From assembly GCA_016936235.1 (NCBI GenBank), contig JAFGPK010000093.1:99-64098 (forward strand): a DNA stretch of 64,000 nucleotides, in the 5' to 3' direction. Under the pieces are notes generated by a model, which had not been told where the DNA came from, ran no database searches, and worked only from the letters and a program-made list of their open reading frames with translations. Positions 37,238-46,753 of the stretch are shown here, piece after piece (the first letter of the stretch is position 1; each line of letters begins with the position of its first letter). This DNA is from Candidatus Fermentibacteraceae bacterium. Lineage in GTDB: Bacteria > Fermentibacterota > Fermentibacteria > Fermentibacterales > JCC-6. The position numbers and the translations under genes were made by a program.

Positions 37238-40200
37238 TCAGTAGCGTATGGTGTAGTGAAGCTCTACGGTGGGTTCAAGGTAGCCGTGAATGGTGGTCCT
37301 GGAAGAACCCTCCACGTAAAAATCGGTGCTGAAAAGGTACTGGGCGCTCACGGTTCCCGGCTCTCCGGAGAAGACATCGTCCTTGTATGACACATAGAGG
37401 TCGGGAAGCACGTACTTACCGACGTTCAGCACCAGGCTCGTGGTATCGGAAAGGAGTTCCGGGGATATCTCGAAGGTGTCCAGCCCTATCTCATGCCTCA
37501 GGTTCCGGGCCAGCAGGTTGCCCAGCATGCTCTGGGCAACGTTCTGAACCTCAGACCTGATAGCCGATGAGTTCATCTGCTGCATCTCACCATAGGTGAG
37601 GCCGGCGGCAAGAAGGGTAAGAATGTCCTCCTGGGTCACCGGACCCGCAGGTCCGATCCCGGTGAGGGTTATCTCCGGATTCTCCGCGTCGCCGCGGATC
37701 AGCACCGTTATCTCGAACTCCTGATGGCTCAGGGCGCTCCTCACGTGTGTCACAGCTTCCACGTTCAGCTGCATAACGGGAGGATGGCCCTGTATGATGG
37801 TCACCGTTCCTCTTGTTATCTGGAAGTCTCTCTGGAGAAGCGTTATCCTTCCGCGAACGGCTGAAACCGTACCGTTGACGGTGGGCTTTTTCTCCAGTGT
37901 GAATATCCTCAGTTTCAGCGACATCTCGATGTCGGCGAAGCTCGTTCTGAACCAGATGTCGCCGGTGCCTGACACATCGATGGAAAGATCGAAGGGCATC
38001 TCCCCCGAACCGCTCCCGGATGAGGCTGCAACAGGCTGCGGAATACCAACGGCGCCCTCCCTGACTCTTATCTTTCCAGTCAGGAGCGGCCTTCGGAGAA
38101 GCCCTGTACCGTCGGTTCCAAGATCCCCCGAGCAGATGACGGCGCCAATGCCTGGAATGGCTATCTCGAAATCCGTGAGGGTGGACTCTATGATGTAATC
38201 GCCAAGCTTGAACGGGAACATGCTGATGATATCCGCCCGCCAGGTGGAGGAGAAGTTGCCGGTTTCAAGGCTCCCGGAACCCAGAGTGAAACGGGTGTTG
38301 TAACCTTCGGCGGAGGAGTCCGGGTAGCTCAGGTAGAAATTGACATTGGGAAGTTCGATACCGAGGATCGTTATATAGAGCCTGCTTATCCTGGCTGAGG
38401 CCTGCATCTGAAGCTGGTAATCACCGTTGAACCTCTCGTACTCGATCCTGGCGGAGACACTGGCTCCCATCGTCCTCACCGGAAGCGGCAGGACGTAGAA
38501 CAGCCAGTCGCCTATGTCGTTGATCTCCAGCTCCAACCACCGGATCTTGTCTCCAAGCAGGGACAACTCGGTCCCGGCCCATACATCCTCGGCCCTGAGC
38601 TGGAGTCCCGATCTCACGCCGTTCTGCCAGGCGTAGATGCCGTTGAACGTCAGGTCGTCATCCACCGCTGAAATGTCCACAGTGATGCTGTCCATCTTGA
38701 ACTGACCGTACGAGGGATCGCTGATCTTCCCTGTGAAGTAGCCCTGGACCCCGGTGGAATCCCTGAAGTAGGATATCCTGAAGTCGCCGACTCCCGACAT
38801 GTCCGCGGGAAGCCCGGAAAAGGTGCTGATGGATGTCAGGTCAACGTTCACTATATCGGCCTGGAAACCCAGTCTTTCGGGACTGAGGATGCCGGAGACA
38901 CCGAGGTTCCCTATGGGAGGGTCCAGCCAGAGGGTATCCAGGACCACGGTCTCCCCGAAGGCATGGATAGCGAGTCCACCGTCGGTGATGAGCCTGAGCT
39001 TCGAATGGGTCGCCCTCAGGTCCTGCAGGTCGACGAAAACCGTATCTCCCACACTGACGTGAACGTCGGCCGTGTACTGCCTCTCCCCGGAACCGGTGAG
39101 AATGAGGTCGCTGACAGTGATGTCGTTACCTTCCATCTCTATCCCGGCTTCGGCATGGAGTACCTGCGAGGCGAGCCTGAGGCTGTCGACACGCAGGCTG
39201 GTTTCCACCGTGGCGCTCCTCCCCGACATCCTGAATGAACCTTCGATGTTCGCGGTATCGGCGGAGACCCCTTCTGTGTACAGGCCGATGGCCTCGACTG
39301 TTCCACTGAAACCCATGCCTGTGGGTATGCCGCCGGCCGAACCGCGCGGGGAATAATTCATGGTTCCCTGCATGGTGACACGGTCCGCGCTGAATCCACT
39401 CGAAGAGACGCCCCGGATCCCCGCGCTTCCCTGCAGGTTCATGCCGAACCTGCTGCCGGTTCCCGAAAGTGAGAACCATCCCGAGGCTATCTCCGGCAGG
39501 CGCCCTGTGGAGAACTGCCTGATGAACGAGAAGTCGGTCAACGACCCGTCGGCGCTGAAGGTCCATGACTGGGGCACCCAACCGGGTCCCAGATGCCCGT
39601 TGCCGTTGAACGTGACACTTCCCCCGACGGTGCTGATATTGCCGCCGAGGCTGAACTCGTCATCGAACAGTGATGCCTCGAGATGCATGCCGGAGACCCG
39701 GGCGATGGATGAGGAGGAGGCTGAGAGGTCCACCGTCGCCGAACCACCCAGACCTGTGCTCCCGGTGCCGCTGATACTGGCGGAGACATCACCGGACAGG
39801 TCCGTTGGGACCGCAGATCCAAGATATTCGGACAGGTCCATGCCCGACATCCTCAGGAAGAGGCCGGCGTTCCACGCCATGGTGGAAAGATCAAGATCAC
39901 CATCCAGGTTCAATGTCGCGTCTTCGGTGAAGACGGACAGACCCTTCACCGATACTCCATTCAGGTCGGCGGTAAGAGTATCGGCGCTGAAAGAGGCCGC
40001 CATGCCGAAAAGCGCGGCCTCACCACCTGAGAGTCCGAGTTTCGCCTGAAGGTCTGAAAGATCTCCCCTCAGGCTTCCCTGCAGCATGAAGGAAAGACTG
40101 ACCGGCAGATCGAGACTCGAGGTTGAGACCTGTCCGGAGAGCCGGACATCCAGGCTTTCGCCGATTCCCGACAGGGATCCGGAGATGGTCAGGGAACCGG

Positions 40201-40855
40201 GCGGGGCAACCGCCGTGAACCCATCGGTGGATACGACTCCATCAGACATCATCAGCATGCCTCTGCCTCCGATGGAACCGAACCCGGGAAGGAATATCCC
40301 GGCTGAATCAACCTGAAGGAGTACTCCGGGCATCCTGTCGACGGAGCAGTCTATGGACATCGAATCGATGATGGTTGATCCGTCGTGGGTCAGCGATCCG
40401 TAGAACAGGTTGAGCCTGTCAGTGGATACCGCTATACCGATGTCTATGTTGCGCAGGATCTCGATCAGCGAATCCGGCTGGGCGTCAGGGATATCAGGTG
40501 AGACCGGGACGCTTATGCCAAGGCTTTCCACAGTGACGGCATCGACATGACCGTTGAAGATGTAGTCCAGTACGCTTCCGTCTATGTCCGCCCCGGCCAC
40601 TTCCACCCTGAGTCCGTCTACGCCTGATACTATCACGGAATCAGCCGATGTGCTCCAGAACAGGTCGGTCCTGAGTCCCCTGAACTCGAGTCTCATCGAA
40701 TCATCGGAAGCGATGGCGCTTACTATCCTGCCGGGGGCTTCGCCCAGGAATCCGGTTGCCAGGAGGGCGTACATCGACAGCAGGAGGAGGAGAAGACCCA
40801 GGAGCACGCCCCTCGCCCATGCCCGGAAGGACTTTCCCGCGGTCCTAGAAGACAT
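37238..40855 (-). CDS. tamB: Translocation and assembly module protein TamB (DUF490 family)
   Basis: ORF 37238-41023. The ATG at 40855 gives MSSRTAGKSFRAWARGVLLGLLLLLLSMYALL (signal-anchor). The body is a long beta-rich repetitive region. The C-terminus is DUF490-like (...LNVGKYVLPDLYVSYKDDVF...). The start overlaps the upstream Omp85 gene by 11 nt. Confidence 0.75.
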   Translation of the reverse strand: MSSRTAGKSFRAWARGVLLGLLLLLLSMYALLATGFLGEAPGRIVSAIASDDSMRLEFRGLRTDLFWSTSADSVIVSGVDGLRVEVAGADIDGSVLDYIFNGHVDAVTVESLGISVPVSPDIPDAQPDSLIEILRNIDIGIAVSTDRLNLFYGSLTHDGSTIIDSMSIDCSVDRMPGVLLQVDSAGIFLPGFGSIGGRGMLMMSDGVVSTDGFTAVAPPGSLTISGSLSGIGESLDVRLSGQVSTSSLDLPVSLSFMLQGSLRGDLSDLQAKLGLSGGEAALFGMAASFSADTLTADLNGVSVKGLSVFTEDATLNLDGDLDLSTMAWNAGLFLRMSGMDLSEYLGSAVPTDLSGDVSASISGTGSTGLGGSATVDLSASSSSIARVSGMHLEASLFDDEFSLGGNISTVGGSVTFNGNGHLGPGWVPQSWTFSADGSLTDFSFIRQFSTGRLPEIASGWFSLSGTGSRFGMNLQGSAGIRGVSSSGFSADRVTMQGTMNYSPRGSAGGIPTGMGFSGTVEAIGLYTEGVSADTANIEGSFRMSGRSATVETSLRVDSLRLASQVLHAEAGIEMEGNDITVSDLILTGSGERQYTADVHVSVGDTVFVDLQDLRATHSKLRLITDGGLAIHAFGETVVLDTLWLDPPIGNLGVSGILSPERLGFQADIVNVDLTSISTFSGLPADMSGVGDFRISYFRDSTGVQGYFTGKISDPSYGQFKMDSITVDISAVDDDLTFNGIYAWQNGVRSGLQLRAEDVWAGTELSLLGDKIRWLELEINDIGDWLFYVLPLPVRTMGASVSARIEYERFNGDYQLQMQASARISRLYITILGIELPNVNFYLSYPDSSAEGYNTRFTLGSGSLETGNFSSTWRADIISMFPFKLGDYIIESTLTDFEIAIPGIGAVICSGDLGTDGTGLLRRPLLTGKIRVREGAVGIPQPVAASSGSGSGEMPFDLSIDVSGTGDIWFRTSFADIEMSLKLRIFTLEKKPTVNGTVSAVRGRITLLQRDFQITRGTVTIIQGHPPVMQLNVEAVTHVRSALSHQEFEITVLIRGDAENPEITLTGIGPAGPVTQEDILTLLAAGLTYGEMQQMNSSAIRSEVQNVAQSMLGNLLARNLRHEIGLDTFEISPELLSDTTSLVLNVGKYVLPDLYVSYKDDVFSGEPGTVSAQYLFSTDFYVEGSSRTTIHGYLEPTVELHYTIRY

Positions 40856-42734
40856 GGCCGATCCCAAGATAGACCCTGCCTCTCTCCAGGGAGTTCCTCC
40901 AGGTCGGGGCAAAACCGTAGTCCAGCCTGAGGGGACCGAACATGGTGTGGTAACGCAGACCGATACCGGTGCCGAATCCTGCCGTGTCGAGACTGACCTC
41001 GTCCAGGTACCTCCAGACGCCACCGGCGTCGGTGAACAGGACTATGCCCAGATCGCCGACCACCCTGGCCCTTATCTCGAAATTGCCAAGGACCTCGACC
41101 CTGCCTCCCACCGGGTTCCCCTCATCGTCCTCTGGACCCAGCGAATTGAAAGGATAGCCCCGGACTGTGGTTCCTCCTCCAAGGAAGAACCTGTCATCCG
41201 GGGGTACTGCCATGTCGTCGCCGTAGGGGAAGGCCCCGCCTCCCCTGACCCGTGCGGCCAGGACGAAATCACTGCTGAGGGCGAAAAAGAGCCTGGCCTC
41301 GCTCACGAGCCTGTAGTAGTCGTTGCCGCCCAGAAAACCTCCCGACAGTTTGCCCTCCCCCATCATCCAGTGGCCCCTGACGGGATCCAGGGTGGGACTT
41401 CTGGTGTCATGGATCAGTGTGGAGGTTATGCTGGACGTGGTCCGCCAGTCGAAAGAAGTGAAGGAATCCCCGACCCATTCATTGTACTTCTCGTACTCCA
41501 GGCTGTATCCTGCAGAGAATTTCAGGTGCTCGGTAAGCTCCCGCGCGAAGGTGGAGGTGAGCGAATAGCTCCTCTGGCGGACGCCTGGGGTGAACAGGTA
41601 CAGGTAACCCAGTTTCAGCTGCCATTGCCACCTCGAGGAGAAAAGCCAGGGTTCCTCGTAGATTATCTCGGGCTCTATCTGGCGGCCTTCACGCGAACCG
41701 ATGTACTCCAGCATGTATATCCCGATGGTGAGCCGCTGGTTGTTGCCCATTATGTTGGGGTGGAGCCAGGTCGCACTCCCGAAGACGGCGGACGGCGATA
41801 CGTATCCTGTCCCCAGATCGACTCGTCTGTACTCGCTCTCCGTAACGGATATGGAAAGGTCCACCAGGCTGCTGTCATCCTCATGGGGAGCGTAGTTGAA
41901 CCTCACATCCTGAAAGAGCCCGAGGCCGTAGATGTTGGTAACCGACTGCCTGAGCAGTTCCATGTTCAGCGAGTCGCCTGACTGGATCAGGAGTTCCCTG
42001 GTCACCACCTTGTTTCTCACCGTGGAGAGACCGCTGACCGAGACGGAACCCAGGAAAGCCTGCCCGTTCTCCTCCAGTTCGCACAGCAGAGCCCTGTGAC
42101 CAGACCCGCTCAGCGTATCGCCGAGGTCCAGGAGAGTGAGATCCAGGTCCGTGTATATGTATCCCCTCACATTGTACAGTTTCAGGACCGAATTCCTGAA
42201 GTTGAGGGTATCCTCCGGGGTGATGGGTTCCCCCGGCGCGCCAGGATACAAGGTGGCGAGGGAATCCGCCGGGAATACGGTCGCGCCATCGAATACCAGG
42301 CCGGAGAGAAGGCTCCTGACGCCGGGCTGAACCGTTATCCTTACTATGTTTATCTCGTCGTCCCAAAGGGGCCACTGCACTGTGACCCTGGCGTCAAGAT
42401 AGCCGAGATTATTGAGGTTTACTATCATGCCGTCGTGAACCTGGACCGGGGTGAGCCGAAGCAGCGAGGCTCCCCCTGAAAGTCCGGTTCCTTCAAGGAG
42501 CTTGTTCTCGGACAGCGGAAGGTCGCCGGCCACATGAACGGAATCCACCATGGGCTCGGTTACCTCGGCGACAGCCGGCGCAGGCAGCATGAGCACCAGG
42601 AAAGGAAGCGCTCTCCTGATCGAGTTCCTTAAAGTGACAGCTATCCCGTTTCCTTTCAGCTTCAACCTGTGGAAGGATGATTCCTGCAGCGGACCGCTTC
42701 GATACAAGGTACTCGAAAATATACGGGCCAGCAA
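40845..42734 (-). CDS. Omp85-family outer-membrane assembly protein (BamA/TamA) with POTRA domains
   Basis: 629 aa with POTRA-like repeats and a C-terminal 16-strand-type barrel (...GGTTVRGYPFNSLGP..., ending GIGHVF with a terminal Phe). The tracked start is TTG and the true start is uncertain. Confidence 0.8.
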   Translation of the reverse strand: MLARIFSSTLYRSGPLQESSFHRLKLKGNGIAVTLRNSIRRALPFLVLMLPAPAVAEVTEPMVDSVHVAGDLPLSENKLLEGTGLSGGASLLRLTPVQVHDGMIVNLNNLGYLDARVTVQWPLWDDEINIVRITVQPGVRSLLSGLVFDGATVFPADSLATLYPGAPGEPITPEDTLNFRNSVLKLYNVRGYIYTDLDLTLLDLGDTLSGSGHRALLCELEENGQAFLGSVSVSGLSTVRNKVVTRELLIQSGDSLNMELLRQSVTNIYGLGLFQDVRFNYAPHEDDSSLVDLSISVTESEYRRVDLGTGYVSPSAVFGSATWLHPNIMGNNQRLTIGIYMLEYIGSREGRQIEPEIIYEEPWLFSSRWQWQLKLGYLYLFTPGVRQRSYSLTSTFARELTEHLKFSAGYSLEYEKYNEWVGDSFTSFDWRTTSSITSTLIHDTRSPTLDPVRGHWMMGEGKLSGGFLGGNDYYRLVSEARLFFALSSDFVLAARVRGGGAFPYGDDMAVPPDDRFFLGGGTTVRGYPFNSLGPEDDEGNPVGGRVEVLGNFEIRARVVGDLGIVLFTDAGGVWRYLDEVSLDTAGFGTGIGLRYHTMFGPLRLDYGFAPTWRNSLERGRVYLGIGHVF

Positions 42735-42819
42735 GTATAGTTGCTATTATCGAAGTGAAACAATCTCGGCGACTCGCCTCACCTGCCGGAACGGATAGAA
42801 TGCCGGGGATGGAAATGAC

Positions 42820-44169
42820 ATGACAGGAAACATCCTGCTCCTTGTAGGAGGAACGGACCCCAGCGGGGGCGCAGGGCTGCCGGCGGACATCAAGACCGCT
42901 GCTGCGATGGGCATGCACGGATGTCCCGTGGTTTCCGCCGTCACCGTTCAGGACAGCGGCCGCGTAACATCCTGGACATCGATGGAACCCTCTCTACTCA
43001 CGGCACAGCTTCGATCCGTCCTGGACGACGGTCCGGTGCACGGTATCAAGTCGGGGATGATCGGAAGCGCCGGGACGGGGGTCGCCCTGGCAGCCTTCAT
43101 AGAGAAAGAACTCCGCTCCATCCCCTACGTACTCGATCCTGTGACGGTCTCCGGCGGCGGCAATCCGCTTCTGGAACATGACGCCCTTGAAGTAATCACC
43201 GGACGCCTGCTGCCGCTGTGCGCCCTGGTGACACCGAATATCGATGAAGCCCGTCTCCTCTCCGGAATGGAGCGCATCAACAGCATAGACTCCATGGCCG
43301 CAGCCGGGAGAGCCATCCTGGACTTGGGAGCCGGAGCGGTCCTTGTGAAGGGCGGACATCTCGAAGGCGAACCCTCTGATGTCCTGGTCACCGCAAAGGG
43401 GATACGCGTGTACCACGGAGTGAGGGTGACCTCAGAGAACGTTCACGGGACAGGATGCTCCCTGGCCAGCGCATGCGCCTCCCTCCTGATCGCCGGCTTC
43501 CCCCTGGAGGAGGCGGTCCCGGTAGCCAGGAACTTCGTGTCGAGGATTATTTCCAGGAGGGTGCAGAGGCTTCACGGGAATCTTCCAGGACACTTCCCGC
43601 TGGCGGCCCCTCTGCCGTCAGTGCCCGACGGAGGTTCCTTCTACCTTCCTCCGGCCTACTGCGCCATGTGCGGAGGATCCATGACGAGGACGCCGGGAGA
43701 AGAAGGACACCTGCACTGCTGCAGGTGCGGCCTGATCCACTACCGGAACCCGCTGCCGGCGGTTGCTCTGCTGGTGAGGGATGGTGACCGGGTGCTCCTG
43801 GTGAGGAGGTCGGTGGCTCCGGCGAAGGGCATGCTGTGCCTGCCCGGTGGTTTCATGGAGCTGGGTGAAACGCCCGGTGAGTGCGGAAGGCGGGAACTCC
43901 TCGAGGAGACGGGGCTTATCGCAGGGGAGGTCAGGCTGCTTGACCTTGAGACAGACTCCACGGCCTACGGCGGCATTCTCCTGGTGACCCTGGAAGTGCT
44001 GCGATGGTCGGGTGATCCGGAACCCGGTGATGATGCTTCCGAGCTGGTCTGGTGTTCATTGGCGGACATCCCGGGGCTTGCCTTCAGAGCTCACGAGAGG
44101 CTGTTGCGGGTACTGGCCGGGGGCGGGGCACGTCATCAGGCAGCGGACAACTTCGAAGAGAGGATCTGA
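42820..44169 (+). CDS. thiD: Hydroxymethylpyrimidine/phosphomethylpyrimidine kinase (ThiD) fused to a zinc-ribbon plus Nudix hydrolase domain
   Basis: 449 aa. The N-terminal ~265 aa is ThiD (GGTDPSGGAGLPADIKT...VKGGHL...HGTGCSLASA). A CxxC...CxxC ribbon follows (CAMCGG...CCRCG). The Nudix box is GGFMELGETPGECGRRELLEETG. Confidence 0.8.
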   Translation: MTGNILLLVGGTDPSGGAGLPADIKTAAAMGMHGCPVVSAVTVQDSGRVTSWTSMEPSLLTAQLRSVLDDGPVHGIKSGMIGSAGTGVALAAFIEKELRSIPYVLDPVTVSGGGNPLLEHDALEVITGRLLPLCALVTPNIDEARLLSGMERINSIDSMAAAGRAILDLGAGAVLVKGGHLEGEPSDVLVTAKGIRVYHGVRVTSENVHGTGCSLASACASLLIAGFPLEEAVPVARNFVSRIISRRVQRLHGNLPGHFPLAAPLPSVPDGGSFYLPPAYCAMCGGSMTRTPGEEGHLHCCRCGLIHYRNPLPAVALLVRDGDRVLLVRRSVAPAKGMLCLPGGFMELGETPGECGRRELLEETGLIAGEVRLLDLETDSTAYGGILLVTLEVLRWSGDPEPGDDASELVWCSLADIPGLAFRAHERLLRVLAGGGARHQAADNFEERI

Positions 44170-44170
44170 C

Positions 44171-44386
44171 ATGGCAATGGTACAATGTGCCTGGTGCGGC
44201 GGAAAGGGAATAGACGACAGCAAGCTGAACTCCCCATGCAATGTCTGCGGCGGGGACGGGTTCGTAAATGTCCCCGACCCTCCAACGAAATGCGGCAGAT
44301 GCAGGGGTACCGGCAAGGTGACGGACAGCAACAGCCATCGGGACGAAAAATGCTCGGGATGCGGGGGATCGGGGTGGGCTTCCTGA
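44171..44386 (+). CDS. Stand-alone DnaJ-type cysteine-rich zinc-finger mini-protein
   Basis: 71 aa from the ATG at 44171, 1 nt after the thiD-nudix stop. It has four CxxCxGxG repeats: CAWCGGKG, CNVCGGDG, CGRCRGTG and CSGCGGSG. Confidence 0.6.
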   Translation: MAMVQCAWCGGKGIDDSKLNSPCNVCGGDGFVNVPDPPTKCGRCRGTGKVTDSNSHRDEKCSGCGGSGWAS

Positions 44387-44428
44387 CTGTCCGGACCTGA
44401 AGAGCGGCCTCAGGTTCGAGTCCGGGTA

Positions 44429-45358
44429 TCAGACAAGAGCCCCGAGAGTCTCCTCAAGGGCTTCCCTGTCCTGCGTGCCGTAGACCTTCACCCCTTCAAG
44501 TTTCTTCATGAGCCCCTGAAGGACCTTCCCCGGCCCCACCTCCACGAAGGTGTCGAATCCGCTGTTCTGAAGCTTTCTGATGGAGGCCGCCCATAGCACG
44601 GGTGAGGTGACCTGCTCCTTGAGCAGTCTCTTCGCCTCGTCCCCGCTTCGGATAAGGTCAGCCGTGACATTGGATACCACGGGCATTTCCGGTTCATAGA
44701 AGCCTGCATCGTCAAGCGCGCTTTCCAGGCCGTTGGCTGCATCCTTCATGAGGGGTGAATGCCAGGCTCCCGATACATCGAGGGGGATCACCTTCCTGGC
44801 GCCCCTGTCCTTGCACAGCTGTCCCGCCTTGTTCAGAGCGGTCCTGGCGCCGGAGATAACCACCTGGCCCTCGGAGTTCACGTTCGCTATTCCCACCGGT
44901 CCTATGGAGGAGGCTTCCGCGACACACTCCCTGGCGTTCTCCAGGCTGATGCCGATCAGGGCCAGCATCCCTCCCGGGTGCCTGTCGGCACACTCCTGCA
45001 TCAGCTCGCCCCTTATCCTGGTGAGCTTGGCCGCTATCTCGGGAAGCAGCACTCCCGCCGTGACCAGGGCCGAGTACTCGCCCAGGCTGTGCCCGGCGGT
45101 TCCCTCCGGTTTCACCCCCGCCGCCACCAGAACGTTCATGGTGGCCAGGCTGACCATGGTGATCGCAGGCTGGACATTGTCCGTCCTGGTGAGTGTCTCG
45201 GCCGGACCGCCGGAGATGATGTCGCTGAGTTTATGAACTCCGGTCATCTCATCGATGCGTTCGAGAAAATCCACTGCGTCCGGATAATCCCAGAGGAACC
45301 TGTCCATGCCCACACTCTGTGAAGCCTGACCGGGGAACATAAACGCTAATCTACCCAT
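44429..45358 (-). CDS. fabD: Malonyl-CoA:ACP transacylase
   Basis: 309 aa with FMFPGQASQSVGM, the active-site motif GHSLGEYSAL, and the conserved VSGAWHSPLM. Confidence 0.92.
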   Translation of the reverse strand: MGRLAFMFPGQASQSVGMDRFLWDYPDAVDFLERIDEMTGVHKLSDIISGGPAETLTRTDNVQPAITMVSLATMNVLVAAGVKPEGTAGHSLGEYSALVTAGVLLPEIAAKLTRIRGELMQECADRHPGGMLALIGISLENARECVAEASSIGPVGIANVNSEGQVVISGARTALNKAGQLCKDRGARKVIPLDVSGAWHSPLMKDAANGLESALDDAGFYEPEMPVVSNVTADLIRSGDEAKRLLKEQVTSPVLWAASIRKLQNSGFDTFVEVGPGKVLQGLMKKLEGVKVYGTQDREALEETLGALV

Positions 45359-45438
45359 CGAATCCTCCTATGGTGGCGGAAATACAACCACCGAAATTCT
45401 AAATAAGTCCATCGGGAAAATGCAACCCCCTTGCGAAG

Positions 45439-46734
45439 CTACTCACCTACCCTCGGAGGCCGTCCCAGAAGGACAAGCAGCCGCGCCTCGGTTATGAGGC
45501 TCGAGACCCTGGAAGATTCCACGGAAGCTTCAGCCGAGGCCACCCTGGACTGGGCATCGAGAAGGTCCAGCAGAGAGATGCTTCCGAGGTCGTAGCTCAT
45601 CATGGACAGCCTCAGCTGCTCCCTTGCCTGGTTCAGCACCTGAAGGGACAGTTCCCAGCTCCTTATTGAGTTGATGAGATCGTCGCGCGCGGTTATCACG
45701 GAGCTGCTCACCGTGTTGAGAAGCGATTCGTGGGAAGCCTGCTGCCTGAGCATGGAAGCCCTCGCGGACTGGATCATGCCCTCTCTGTTGAAACCGTCGA
45801 AAAGGGTCCACTGGAGAGAGAGCGAGACCTGCCAGCTGTCACGGTCCGAGAAATCCTCGAAATCAAGCTCGTCGTTGCTCCAGCTCCAGCTGCCCCCGGC
45901 GTTCAGGGAAGGCCAGTAGGAGCGCCGGTTTGCCTGGTAATTGTACTCCGACGCCGCCACACGCTTCTCCGACGCGGCTATGGAATTGTTGCCGGACAGG
46001 TCCAGGTCATAGTTCATCGCAGTGTTCAGGTCTACCGGTTGCAGGACGGCGTCCAGGTTGACCCTGTAATCGGACCCGATGACGCCGGCGACCCTGTACA
46101 GACCGACATAGGCGTTGGATACCGCCTGTTCCCTCTGAAGGACGGACAGGCTGTCAGTGCTCCGCTGCACCTCCGCCTGTATCAGCTCGAGATTGGTGGC
46201 CCCCCCTATCCTGTAAAGGGCGGAGGTCCTGCTGAGCTGCTCCGCGCTTCGCTCCAGTGCTCTCCTGGATGATTCGAGAAGACCCATGGACTCTACGACT
46301 CCGTAGTAGGACTCTATCACGTCCATGGTCAGGTCCAGCTGCGCCTGGTCGTAGTCGAACCTGGAGGCCTCCAGCGAGCGCCTGCTGCCGGAAAGCCGCA
46401 GCCAGCTGCCGCCTCCGGATGCCAGCAACTCCTGGGAGACGCTGGCGGACATGGACCAGGTGGAGTTGTCCGTATCGGTATAGCCTCCTGACATGTCCGG
46501 CACGGAACTCCACGAGTGCCTGGCGGACGAGCTGAAGCTGAGAACAGGCCACCGGAAGGACCCTGTGGCCCTGAGGGAAGCTTCCGAGGACATCAGGTCG
46601 GCGGAAGAGATGTCCATCTGGGGTGAATTCTCCATGGCCAGGCTCACCCAGCCGGCCAGATCCAGCGAGAGGGAATCGGCCTGGACCGTCAGAGCAGCCG
46701 CCGCGAAGGGCAGCAGAACAGCTGTCATCCTCAT
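45439..46734 (-). CDS. TolC-family outer-membrane efflux protein
   Basis: ORF 45439-46896. The ATG at 46734 gives the signal MRMTAVLLPFAAAALTVQA. It has the two-repeat coiled-coil/beta architecture typical of TolC/OprM (LDLAGWVSLAMENSPQM...). Confidence 0.75.
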   Translation of the reverse strand: MRMTAVLLPFAAAALTVQADSLSLDLAGWVSLAMENSPQMDISSADLMSSEASLRATGSFRWPVLSFSSSARHSWSSVPDMSGGYTDTDNSTWSMSASVSQELLASGGGSWLRLSGSRRSLEASRFDYDQAQLDLTMDVIESYYGVVESMGLLESSRRALERSAEQLSRTSALYRIGGATNLELIQAEVQRSTDSLSVLQREQAVSNAYVGLYRVAGVIGSDYRVNLDAVLQPVDLNTAMNYDLDLSGNNSIAASEKRVAASEYNYQANRRSYWPSLNAGGSWSWSNDELDFEDFSDRDSWQVSLSLQWTLFDGFNREGMIQSARASMLRQQASHESLLNTVSSSVITARDDLINSIRSWELSLQVLNQAREQLRLSMMSYDLGSISLLDLLDAQSRVASAEASVESSRVSSLITEARLLVLLGRPPRVGE

Positions 46735-46753
46735 AATGTAAGCTCCGTTTCCA

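Noticed and set aside
40584-41981. 465-aa plus-strand ORF
   Set aside because: It is antisense to the tamB start and the Omp85 barrel. It has shadow-frame composition and no motifs or SD.
42781-42808. ACCTGCCGGAACGGATAGAATGCCGGGG upstream of thiD, which resembles the P4/P5 half of a TPP riboswitch (ACCUGAUCUGGAUAAUGCCAGCG)
   Set aside because: I see no CUGAGA core or P2/P3 half in the ~85-170 nt upstream on the plus strand. The resemblance covers only a short segment. An Infernal scan with the TPP model would settle it.
44413-44423. GGTTCGAGTCC, which resembles a tRNA T-loop
   Set aside because: The flanking bases do not form a T-stem (TCAGG/CCGGG mismatch). The 42-nt intergenic gap cannot hold a tRNA, because the upstream ~50 nt is coding.
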